A DNA stretch of 16,496 bases, taken from the NCBI GenBank assembly GCA_031416075.1, contig JANOSY010000016.1, positions 1-16,496 of the forward strand, given 5' to 3'. This stretch comes from Candidatus Tenderia sp. (lineage in GTDB: Bacteria > Pseudomonadota > Gammaproteobacteria > Tenderiales > Tenderiaceae). A program made the translations under genes and the position numbers. Below, piece by piece: positions 1 to 7,511 of this stretch. Numbering within the stretch: the first letter of the stretch is position 1; each line of letters starts with the position of its first letter. The notes beneath the pieces are model-generated. The model was not told the DNA's origin. It worked only from the letters and a program-made list of their open reading frames with translations, and ran no database searches.

Positions 1-132
1 CATGGCATCACGGATTATGTCATTGGCTATTACAGTCAATTCAGACCCCATACCCACAATGACGGGCTGGCACCGAATGAGGCTGAGAAGCAGTATTGGA
101 TTGACTATAAAACTGTGGCCAAAAAGACTTGA
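1..132 (+). CDS. IS3-family transposase OrfB, C-terminal fragment (5' partial)
   Basis: My translation of frame +1 is HGITDYVIGYYSQFRPHTHNDGLAPNEAEKQYWIDYKTVAKKT*. It shows the IS3 'I.dY..YY...RpH..n.g..P' C-terminal motif, and the TGA at 130-132 lies inside the IR. Not in the ORF track because the start is outside the window. Confidence 0.88.
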   Translation, partial: HGITDYVIGYYSQFRPHTHNDGLAPNEAEKQYWIDYKTVAKKT

Positions 133-140
133 CCACTACA
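105..140. repeat. Right terminal inverted repeat (IRR) of the IS3-family element (inner boundary approximate)
   Basis: Ends in TTGACCACTACA with an internal TGGCCA motif typical of IS911-group ends. The partner IRL is outside the window. Confidence 0.75.
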
Positions 141-234
141 CCCCGTTCAGTAAAAAGAGTTTCCGCAGGGGTTTAAGTGTGGTGGATGCTGGGCTTTACT
201 GGTTGTGAGATCTGCGTAACCAAAGGAGAAGAGA

Positions 235-486
235 ATGCTTCAGCTACGTCCAAATTGTGAATGTTGTGATAAAGATTTGCCGCCGCAGTCAACGGAGGCG
301 CGAATCTGCTCGTTTGAATGCACGTTTTGTGTTGTGTGTACTGAGTCGGTTCTGGGTGGAAAGTGCCCAAACTGTGGTGGTGAGTTTGTGCCGCGTCCTC
401 GTCGTCCAGTAGAGCGCTTGAATACGGCCCCTGCTTCTACGGAGCGTGTTTACCATCCGGGGGGCTGTGCCGGGCTTGGTCGTTAG
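235..486 (+). CDS. DUF1272 domain-containing Cys-rich protein
   Basis: MLQLRPNCECCDKDLPP...ARICSFECTFC..C...CPNCGGEF.PRP is the DUF1272 signature; AGGAG RBS at 224-228. Confidence 0.93.
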   Translation: MLQLRPNCECCDKDLPPQSTEARICSFECTFCVVCTESVLGGKCPNCGGEFVPRPRRPVERLNTAPASTERVYHPGGCAGLGR

Positions 487-512
487 AAAGGGAGCGGTGT
501 TGTTGGTGTGGG

Positions 513-833
513 TTAAATCTCAATCTGGCGGGCGTTGCTTAGTGCGGTTTCGATTTTGGTCTGTAGCTGTTTGACACGCTGGCTGTCCTGTTTTTTTTCT
601 GGCGTGGTATCGCACTCTTTTTGTAGCAGCTCGTGGGTGATGTTCAGCGCGGCCATGATGGTGATGTTGTCGCTGCCAGTGGTGCGGCCTCGGCTGCGGT
701 CACGGACTTCGCGCATTTTTTTGTCGAGGTAGCGGGCGCTGGCCTCCAGCTGGGCACGCTCTTCAGGGGGGCAGGCGATGCGGTACTCTTTGCCAAAGAT
801 GGTGATGGTGACCGGGCTGGGTTCACTCGTCAT
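513..833 (-). CDS. zapA: Cell division protein ZapA
   Basis: V.I.IFGKEYRIACPPEE...L..SA.YLD.KMRE and MAALNITHELL motifs; conserved position divergent from ygfB-pepP. Confidence 0.95.
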   Translation of the reverse strand: MTSEPSPVTITIFGKEYRIACPPEERAQLEASARYLDKKMREVRDRSRGRTTGSDNITIMAALNITHELLQKECDTTPEKKQDSQRVKQLQTKIETALSNARQIEI

Positions 834-1059
834 GTGCCTGCTCCAGGGTTTTGAGTCGCATGATCATCGCTTCGATGCGGGATTTGGCGAGCTCGTTTTT
901 TTCGATAAGGTGGCCGCGTTCGGCGGTTAGTTGTGACTGCTGTTCACGTAACGTCTGATTTTCGCTCTTAAATTGCTGGCAGAGCTGGATCAGCTCGTCG
1001 ACCCGAAGTTCTAAGTTCTTCAGGTCATTGCTGTGATTTTGGCTGGTATCTGGACTCAT
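823..1059 (-). CDS. TIGR02449 family small coiled-coil protein (ZapB-like)
   Basis: LELRVDELIQLC..ENQTLR...ERGHLIEKNELAKSRIEAMIMRLKTLEQ; overlaps the zapA start by 11 nt, the usual position for this family. Confidence 0.9.
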   Translation of the reverse strand: MSPDTSQNHSNDLKNLELRVDELIQLCQQFKSENQTLREQQSQLTAERGHLIEKNELAKSRIEAMIMRLKTLEQAHDE

Positions 1060-1067
1060 AGACGCCC

Positions 1068-1096
1068 AATATAGTGTGGTGAGCTGTTATGGTCAA
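1068..1096 (-). promoter_or_regulatory. Sigma-70 promoter for TIGR02449-zapA
   Basis: Minus strand reads TTGACC-N17-TATATT, ending 8 nt before the ATG at 1059. Confidence 0.7.
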
Positions 1097-1107
1097 CGGC
1101 TTGGCGA

Positions 1108-1116
1108 TGATACTAT
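1108..1116 (+). promoter_or_regulatory. Putative extended -10 promoter for ygfB-pepP-ubiH
   Basis: TGaTACTAT (TGn plus -10 hexamer) about 40 nt upstream of the ATG at 1155; no convincing -35. Confidence 0.4.
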
Positions 1117-1154
1117 TACCCCTCTGTCATTCCATATACAAAGGAAGTCTCGTC

Positions 1155-1760
1155 ATGCAAGCCCCCAGTTATGATCAAGTCGCCACGCTGCTCTCTGTTT
1201 ACGGCGATGCCATGAGTGTCCCCGAGTGTCACGGTGTTCTGTGTGGCATGGTAAGCGCCGATCCTGGGCTGGATGGGAATGGCTGGGCAGTACGGATGTT
1301 GAGCGGTGATCTGGAGGGGGCGCTGGCCAATGGTGCAGCAGTGGCGGTGGATGAGGCCGATAAGGCGGTGCTTAGGGCGCTGTTTGATGACACGCTGCTG
1401 CAGATGAATGATGCCGAGCTGGCGTTCCAGCTGCTGCTGCCGGATGAGGATGATGAGGAGGGGCTGGAAGGGAGTCTCGCGGCGCTGGCAGATTGGTGCG
1501 AGGGGTATCTGTATGGGCTCAGCCTGGGGGGGGTTAAAAGTTTTGATGCATGTACACCAGAGGTACAGGAGTTTTGTGGTGATCTGGTCGAGATATCCCA
1601 CATCACCTTTGATGCTGGGGATGAGGGGGATAATGAGACTGCCCTGTTTGAGATTGTTGAATATGTGCGGATGGGGACGTTAATGGTCTACGAGGAGTTG
1701 AGCAATCCCAGTGCTGGGCGGTCTCCACGTGCGTCTGAACACAAAATTACTTTTCACTAA
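1155..1760 (+). CDS. ygfB: UPF0149 family protein (YgfB/YecA-like)
   Basis: ECHGVLCG, FQLLLPDED, ALADWCEGYLYGL and EIVEYVRMG motifs; lies upstream of pepP. I prefer ATG 1155 (AAGGAA upstream) to the ORF-track start at 1089. Confidence 0.92.
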   Translation: MQAPSYDQVATLLSVYGDAMSVPECHGVLCGMVSADPGLDGNGWAVRMLSGDLEGALANGAAVAVDEADKAVLRALFDDTLLQMNDAELAFQLLLPDEDDEEGLEGSLAALADWCEGYLYGLSLGGVKSFDACTPEVQEFCGDLVEISHITFDAGDEGDNETALFEIVEYVRMGTLMVYEELSNPSAGRSPRASEHKITFH

Positions 1761-1780
1761 TCAGCTTGTCAGGTCGTGCC

Positions 1781-3136
1781 ATGAATCGTAAAGAGTTTTC
1801 CAAACGTCGTATCCATCTGTTGCCACTGCTGGGTGAAGGCAGCATCGCTGTGTTGCCCGCTGCGTCGCCAACAGTCCGTAATCGTGATGTGGAGCATGTC
1901 TACCGTCCCGATAGCGATTTTTATTACCTGACCGGTTTCCCAGAGCCAGAGGCGGTGCTGGTGCTAATTCCAGGGCGCAAACAGGGCCAATCGGTGCTTT
2001 TTTGCCGCGAAAGTGATCCGTTGATGGAGGTCTGGAACGGTCGCCGTGCCGGGCTGGATGGTGCGGTGGAACAGTTTGGTGTGGATGATGCCTTTCCCAT
2101 TGCCGATATTGATGAGATTCTGCCGGGGTTGATGGAGAACAAGGAGCGGGTCTTTTACGCCATGGGCAGCCATCGTGATCTGGATCAGCGCATGATCGGC
2201 TGGCTTAAAGAGGTGCGCAAAAAGAGTCGCCAGGGGGTGCAGGCACCGGGTGAGTTTGTCTCCTTGGAACATCTGTTGCATGAGATGCGCCTGTTTAAGA
2301 GCAAGGCGGAGATTGAGGCGATGAAACAGGCGGCCCGCATCTCTGCCGAAGCCCACAGTCGCGCTATGCAGCGCTGCAGGCCGGGGTTGTATGAGTATCA
2401 GATCGAGGCGGAGATCATGCACCATTTTATGGACAACGGTTGTCGCCATGCGGCGTACCCCTCCATCGTAGGTGGGGGAGCCAACGGCTGCATTCTTCAC
2501 TACACGGAAAATGATGCCCAGCTAGTCGATGGTGAGTTGTTGCTGATTGATGCCGGGGCCGAGTTTGAGGGGTACGCTGCCGATATTACCCGTACCTTCC
2601 CTGTGAATGGGGTGTTTAATGCGGAACAGCGCGCCCTGTATGAGGTGGTGCTGGAGGCGCAGTATGCGGCCATTGCCGCGGTTAAACCGGGTAACCATTG
2701 GAACGACCCACACGACGCTGCGGTGAAGGTGTTGACTAAAGGGTTGATTAAGTTGGGGATCCTTAGTGGCACATTGGCCAAGCTGATCAAGGAGGAGGCT
2801 TATCGCCCCTTTTATATGCACCGTACCGGCCATTGGATTGGCATGGATGTGCATGATGTGGGTGAGTACAAACTGGGTGGCCAGTGGCGGCTATTGGAGC
2901 CGGGCATGGTACTGACTGTTGAACCTGGGCTCTATATCGCTGCTGGCAGTAAAGGGGTGGACAAACGCTGGTGGAATATTGGTATCCGTATTGAGGATGA
3001 TCTGCTGGTGACCCGCACGGGACATGAGGTGTTAAGCGCCGGGGTGCCCAAGGAGGTGGCGGATATTGAGGCGCTGATGGCGGGTGGTGAGGTTGTTAAA
3101 CCGAGTCAGCGTCCACGGGGCAAGGTGCGGGCATGA
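1781..3136 (+). CDS. pepP: Xaa-Pro aminopeptidase
   Basis: RPDSDFYYLTGFPEPEA, CILHY, LLIDAGAE, ADITRTFP, HRTGHWIGMDVHD, TVEPGLY and GIRIEDD metal-ligand motifs of M24B aminopeptidase P. ATG 1781 preferred. Confidence 0.97.
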   Translation: MNRKEFSKRRIHLLPLLGEGSIAVLPAASPTVRNRDVEHVYRPDSDFYYLTGFPEPEAVLVLIPGRKQGQSVLFCRESDPLMEVWNGRRAGLDGAVEQFGVDDAFPIADIDEILPGLMENKERVFYAMGSHRDLDQRMIGWLKEVRKKSRQGVQAPGEFVSLEHLLHEMRLFKSKAEIEAMKQAARISAEAHSRAMQRCRPGLYEYQIEAEIMHHFMDNGCRHAAYPSIVGGGANGCILHYTENDAQLVDGELLLIDAGAEFEGYAADITRTFPVNGVFNAEQRALYEVVLEAQYAAIAAVKPGNHWNDPHDAAVKVLTKGLIKLGILSGTLAKLIKEEAYRPFYMHRTGHWIGMDVHDVGEYKLGGQWRLLEPGMVLTVEPGLYIAAGSKGVDKRWWNIGIRIEDDLLVTRTGHEVLSAGVPKEVADIEALMAGGEVVKPSQRPRGKVRA

Positions 3137-4398
3137 GCGTTGGTGGACAGGGCGATTTTGATATCCTGATTGTAGGGGGGGGCATGGTGGGTGCCACCAT
3201 GGCCTATGCCCTGAGTGTGTTGCCACTGCGGATTGGGGTGGTGGAGGCGGTGTCATCGGGGGCTGCAAGTCAGCCCAGCTATGATGATCGTGCCATTGCC
3301 CTGGCCTATGGGTCGGCAAAGATATTTGAGGCAATGGGGTTATGGTCGCGGCTGGCCAGATACGCCTCTCCCATTAATAAGATTCATGTCTCTGACCGTG
3401 GCCACTTTGGTGTTACCCGTATCGATAGCGCAACGGAGGGGGTGAGTGCGCTGGGGCATGTGGTTGAAAACCGGGTGATGGGCGCGGTGCTGGCGGAGGC
3501 GCTTGCCGAGCGTGGCAATGTTGAGATGATCTCGCCTGCCACCGTGACAGCGATGAGTATTGACGGCAATTTGGCCCGGCTGGAGATCGACTCTGCCACG
3601 TTAATCCGTAACGTGAGTGCCCGGTTGGTGATTGCCGCGGATGGTGGTGACTCGGCCGTGCGTAGATTGCTGCATATCCCAACCCGGAGCTGGGACTATA
3701 ATCAGTGTGCTGTCATTGCCAACATCACCCCGGCCCGCCACCATCAGGGGGTGGCGTATGAACGTTTTACCGACACCGGCCCGATTGCCATGTTACCCAG
3801 TGCTGCGGCCGATGATCCTAATCGTTGCAGTCTGGTCTGGACTGTCCGTGGGGGTGACGAGCAGCGGGTATTAGGGTTGAGTGACGAGGCGTTTTTGGCG
3901 GAGTTACAACAGCGTTTTGGTTATCGTCTGGGTGAGTTGTGCAAGGTGGGACGACGTAGCGGCTATCCGCTGCGGCTGGCCAGTGCCAAAGAGCACGTGC
4001 GACCACGTCTGGCGCTGATTGGTAATGCGGCGCATACGCTACATCCTATTGCCGGCCAGGGTTTTAATCTGGGGCTGCGTGATGTGGCGGCGCTGGCACA
4101 GGTGGTGGCGGATGCAACGGCCACCGGTCAGGATATAGGCACAACAGCGCTGCTCCAGCGGTACGCCGAGTGGCGTCGCGGAGATCATCGTAAGGTGGTG
4201 GGATTTACCGATACCCTGGCGCGGCTCTTTAGCCATTCACTGACCCCTGTGGCGCTGTTGCGTAATGTGGGTTTGGTGGCGGTTGATCTGGTACCGCCGC
4301 TGAAAAAGGTAGTGACCCGCCAGACGATGGGGTTGGCAGGCAGGTTGCCACGCCTGGCCATGGGGTTACCGCTGGTGCGGTCTGAGCATCACTCTTGA
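3133..4398 (+). CDS. ubiH: 2-octaprenyl-6-methoxyphenol hydroxylase
   Basis: GGGMVG FAD motif, DDRAIAL, AYERFT..GP.A.LP and GNAAHTLHPIAGQGFNLGLRD (the GNAA variant typical of UbiH); ATGA overlap with pepP. Confidence 0.94.
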   Translation: MSVGGQGDFDILIVGGGMVGATMAYALSVLPLRIGVVEAVSSGAASQPSYDDRAIALAYGSAKIFEAMGLWSRLARYASPINKIHVSDRGHFGVTRIDSATEGVSALGHVVENRVMGAVLAEALAERGNVEMISPATVTAMSIDGNLARLEIDSATLIRNVSARLVIAADGGDSAVRRLLHIPTRSWDYNQCAVIANITPARHHQGVAYERFTDTGPIAMLPSAAADDPNRCSLVWTVRGGDEQRVLGLSDEAFLAELQQRFGYRLGELCKVGRRSGYPLRLASAKEHVRPRLALIGNAAHTLHPIAGQGFNLGLRDVAALAQVVADATATGQDIGTTALLQRYAEWRRGDHRKVVGFTDTLARLFSHSLTPVALLRNVGLVAVDLVPPLKKVVTRQTMGLAGRLPRLAMGLPLVRSEHHS

Positions 4399-4488
4399 GC
4401 GGTGGAAAAGAGATAAACAGTCGCTATATATGGCTTTGCTGTGATCGACAGAAAATTGGGTTAATGATTGAGAATCGGGGAGCAGACC

Positions 4489-5694
4489 ATGGCTGAGCAT
4501 TATGATGTTGTTATTGTTGGAGGGGGCATGGTGGGTTTGACACTGGCGTGTGCCCTGGGTGAGACGGCGTTGAAGGTTGCGGTGCTCGAAGCCCACCCGA
4601 TGGGGCGTAGCTGGCCTGAAGCGAGTATTGGCCTGCGTGTTTCAGCTATCACCCATGCAACTCGTAAGGTCTTTGAACGTATTGACGCCTGGCGTGGCAT
4701 GGTCGAGCGGCGTGTCACGTCGTACGGTGAGATGCATGTCTGGGATGCCAGTGGTGATGGTGAGATTCACTTTGACGGTGCTGAGGCAGGTGCCCCCTCC
4801 TTGGGCTATATTGTTGAAAATCGTGTGGTGCAACTGGCGTTGATGGAGCGGGTAGAGCAGCTGGCCAATATTGACCTGCTCTGCCCAGCGCACTGGCAGC
4901 AGTGGAGTGATGATGGCGAGGCGCTGCTGCTGACGCTTGATGATGGCCGTCAACTTCACACGCAACTGCTGGTCGGCGCGGATGGGGTTCAATCACAGGT
5001 GCGCGAGCGGGCGGGTATCGAAACCAAGGGGTGGGGATATGATCAGCACGCGGTGATGGCGATTGTTAAAACTGAAAAATCTCACCAGCACACTTGTTGG
5101 CAACGTTTTTTACCCAATGGTCCGCTCGCTTTTCTGCCGATGCATGAACATTACAGCTGCGTGGTCTGGTCAACCACCCCTGAGCAGGCGCAGATCCTGA
5201 TGGGGGATAGTGAGCAGATCTTTGCGGATAAGTTGGCTGATGCCTTTGACCATACGTTGGGTGCGGTTGTTGAGGTTTGTGAGCGTGGTTCATTTCCACT
5301 CCGTATGCAGCATACTGTTGATTACGTTAAAGAACGTATCGCACTGGTGGGGGATGCTGCCCACGCGATTCACCCCCTGGCGGGCCAGGGGGTGAATCTG
5401 GGCATACTTGATGCAGCGGCGCTGGCGGAGACGATTCTGAGTGCCTATGATGCTCGTCGTGATATTGGTGGACTGGCTACCTTGCGTCGTTATGAGCGTT
5501 GGCGTAAAGGGCAGAATGTTGCCATGATGCTGTCGATGGATGGATTCAAACGGCTGTTTGGCTCGGATGTGTCGGCGCTGAAGGTGGCGCGTAATCTGGG
5601 GCTTAATGCCACTAACTCGTTTACTCCGCTAAAGCGGATCTTTATGGAGTACGCCATGGGTGAGCGTGGTGATCTGCCAAAAACGGCGCTGTAG
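4489..5694 (+). CDS. ubiI: Ubiquinone biosynthesis FAD-dependent hydroxylase, UbiI/VisC type
   Basis: GGGMVG, RVSAI, LGYIVEN, WQRFLPNGPLAFLP, GDAAHAIHPLAGQGVNLG and LRRYERWRK; follows ubiH. ATG 4489 has a GGGGAG RBS. Confidence 0.88.
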   Translation: MAEHYDVVIVGGGMVGLTLACALGETALKVAVLEAHPMGRSWPEASIGLRVSAITHATRKVFERIDAWRGMVERRVTSYGEMHVWDASGDGEIHFDGAEAGAPSLGYIVENRVVQLALMERVEQLANIDLLCPAHWQQWSDDGEALLLTLDDGRQLHTQLLVGADGVQSQVRERAGIETKGWGYDQHAVMAIVKTEKSHQHTCWQRFLPNGPLAFLPMHEHYSCVVWSTTPEQAQILMGDSEQIFADKLADAFDHTLGAVVEVCERGSFPLRMQHTVDYVKERIALVGDAAHAIHPLAGQGVNLGILDAAALAETILSAYDARRDIGGLATLRRYERWRKGQNVAMMLSMDGFKRLFGSDVSALKVARNLGLNATNSFTPLKRIFMEYAMGERGDLPKTAL

Positions 5695-5729
5695 CCTGCT
5701 CTATCAAGCCGCTGGTTCAGCGGCCTGAA

Positions 5730-6014
5730 TCAGAAGAACTGCACGCCGATCTCAAACTCCTCTTCGTTGTGCTCCTTTACCCACTTAACCGTTCCCGGTT
5801 GTGCCTTGGTAAACCCTTCCAGCCCCTCCAGCCAGATCTCTTCATCAATTTGATGAGGGTGGCTGACACGTATGCCGGCACCGCCTTTGCTGAGGTTGAA
5901 GAGCGTGCCGCTGTAGTGAATGCGTTCGCTTTTGTGGCGGTTGCGCTGTTCGCTAAAGTAGATAGTCTCTTCCACAAAATCTACGCGGGGATGGAGTCGC
6001 TGTTCGCTGGACAT
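5730..6014 (-). CDS. Stand-alone PilZ domain protein (putative c-di-GMP receptor)
   Basis: EQRLHPR (RxxxR), NLSKGG (D/NxSxxG), G.VKW and terminal IGVQF; GAGGAG RBS. Confidence 0.88.
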   Translation of the reverse strand: MSSEQRLHPRVDFVEETIYFSEQRNRHKSERIHYSGTLFNLSKGGAGIRVSHPHQIDEEIWLEGLEGFTKAQPGTVKWVKEHNEEEFEIGVQFF

Positions 6015-6051
6015 GGTTTCTCCTCGGCATTAGTGTGAGCAGGGAAGCAAC

Positions 6052-6789
6052 TTATAGCTCCCACTCATGTTCAGGCGCTGCCACTGATTGTGGCGCAGCA
6101 GCACTGGTGTGCTCTACGGCTTCCATAAAGGCCACGATCAACGGGTGTGGTTCTGCCGCTGTTGAATGTAGCTGTGGTACAAACAGCGTGCCAATGAAAA
6201 AGGGGTGGGTAGGGTGCTCAATAGCGCGTATCTCGCCCTCGGCATCGGCCCCTACAATTTTGAGTTGACCTGCTTTGATGATCTCAGCGTACGCAGGATT
6301 CACTCCAAAATTGCAGCAGTAACGTTCGTTGGTGGTGGTTGTGCCATAAATGCGTGCCAGTTGTGATGTGGGGGCGAGGGTGATGGCCAGTTCACGTCCG
6401 TTGAGTGAGTTGGCCAGACGCGATATAAAAAGATGTGGGCTATCGGGTGAGTACTCACCATGGGCAGCATCAAAAAAGCTCAACATGTTGTGTGCTAAGT
6501 CGATAATCATATGTTGAAAGCCGCCGCAGGTACCGAGCAGTGGGATGTTATTTTCGCGAGCGTGTTTGATGACGGTGAGCACGTTGTCCATGTTTTTGTA
6601 GGGACTGCCAGGGGCGATCAGAAATCCCTGATAATTTGAAAGGGTGCTGTTGGTAATGTCGCTACTTGATACCCACTCATGGCTGATGGGGGTGCCAAGT
6701 TTTTTGAGTGCGTGTTCAACGGCGTGATTGGTGGCGATATGTGGCTCATATTCGGAAGAGAAGTCGCCGACGATTGCAATTTTTAACAT
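6052..6789 (-). CDS. CTP synthase C-terminal-like class I glutamine amidotransferase domain protein (stand-alone)
   Basis: KIAIVGDF, APGSPY, ARENNIPLLGTCGGFQH and HPFFIGTLFVPQ...PHPL; no synthetase domain. Confidence 0.88.
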   Translation of the reverse strand: MLKIAIVGDFSSEYEPHIATNHAVEHALKKLGTPISHEWVSSSDITNSTLSNYQGFLIAPGSPYKNMDNVLTVIKHARENNIPLLGTCGGFQHMIIDLAHNMLSFFDAAHGEYSPDSPHLFISRLANSLNGRELAITLAPTSQLARIYGTTTTNERYCCNFGVNPAYAEIIKAGQLKIVGADAEGEIRAIEHPTHPFFIGTLFVPQLHSTAAEPHPLIVAFMEAVEHTSAAAPQSVAAPEHEWEL

Positions 6790-6878
6790 ATGGGTTCCAC
6801 AGCTTGTTGATATCTTGAATATTGGGACTGAGCGACTAGGTTAGCATTTTCTGACGACACTAACAGGGAGTTTTGTTG

Positions 6879-7322
6879 ATGAGATATTATTTGCTGCTAT
6901 TTGAGAAATGGAAATATCATTTTAGCCTCATATTGCTGATGTCGTGGTGTCCGTCCTTGCAGGCGGAAGGATTGCGGTCGCCGGAAGCGGTTGCACAATC
7001 GTTCGCGCAGGCATACCGCAATGGTCAGCCTGATGCAATTGTGGCGTTGCAATTTTTTGCCAATGACAATAATGGGTTGGCGGCAGTCAGTCGCGAACGG
7101 CAGGCGTGGCTGAGTTATATGGGGCAGAGAGAGATACGCTCGTACCGTATTGCCCCGTTGCTGGCAAGAGATCAGGCGTTGCTCATAAGGCACTCAGCAT
7201 CGCCGCAGAAAAAATTAGTGGTTGTGTATGGGGCAACAGAGCAAGAGCGGTGGGAGGAGGTTTATCTGATTGCCTGGCAGGCGGGTGCCTACTATCTTTT
7301 GCCCGTGCATCAAGAGCCATAA
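6879..7322 (+). CDS. Hypothetical exported protein
   Basis: GGGAG RBS before ATG 6879; hydrophobic stretch ending SLQA (signal-peptidase-like); mature part begins ...SPEAVAQSFAQAY; fills the gap between two real genes. Confidence 0.6.
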   Translation: MRYYLLLFEKWKYHFSLILLMSWCPSLQAEGLRSPEAVAQSFAQAYRNGQPDAIVALQFFANDNNGLAAVSRERQAWLSYMGQREIRSYRIAPLLARDQALLIRHSASPQKKLVVVYGATEQERWEEVYLIAWQAGAYYLLPVHQEP

Positions 7323-7437
7323 AAAACACAGTCAGTGGTAGGTTATTGTTGTTACGTGTCCTAGTGGAATGACCATATCCATGGTTGTATTAAATCTTCG
7401 GCATGCCAGCCATTCGATCGTTTATTGAGAGAGGTGT

Positions 7438-7466
7438 TTGACAGCTTCTTTTATGATGACTACTGT
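7438..7466 (+). promoter_or_regulatory. Putative sigma-70 promoter of the MASE1/CHASE sensor gene
   Basis: TTGACA-N17-TACTGT, 45 nt upstream of ATG 7512. Confidence 0.5.
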
Positions 7467-7511
7467 GCTGGTTCACTATATACAGTAGTGAAGAGGGACT
7501 TATGTTGATGA

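Larger units (their letters stand above)
1..140 (+). mobile_element. Right end of an IS3-family insertion sequence (IS911-like), truncated by the window start
   Basis: Frame +1 encodes an IS3 OrfB-like C-terminus. The segment ends in ...GTGGCCAAAAAGACTTGACCACTACA; its reverse complement TGTAGTGGTCAAGTCTTTTTGGCCAC resembles IS911-type termini with the 5'-TG...CA-3' signature. Confidence 0.88.

Noticed and set aside
2-208. 68-aa ORF in the track
   Set aside because: It is in the wrong frame; the real coding signal is the frame +1 transposase end, and this ORF crosses the IS boundary.
141-234. Possible 6S RNA remnant (CCCCTGCGG on the minus strand)
   Set aside because: Only a short resemblance; no extended complementary arms or conserved 6S core are visible.
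535-5395. Many overlapping antisense or alternate-frame ORFs inside zapA, ygfB, pepP, ubiH and ubiI
   Set aside because: These are shadow ORFs of well-supported genes with no recognisable motifs. The same applies to those within the sensor, protease and methyltransferase genes.
7461-7487. LexA SOS box (TACTGT...ACAGTA)
   Set aside because: The spacing is wrong: CTGT-N15-ACAG or CTG-N12-CAG instead of CTG-N10-CAG. Kept only as a generic inverted repeat.
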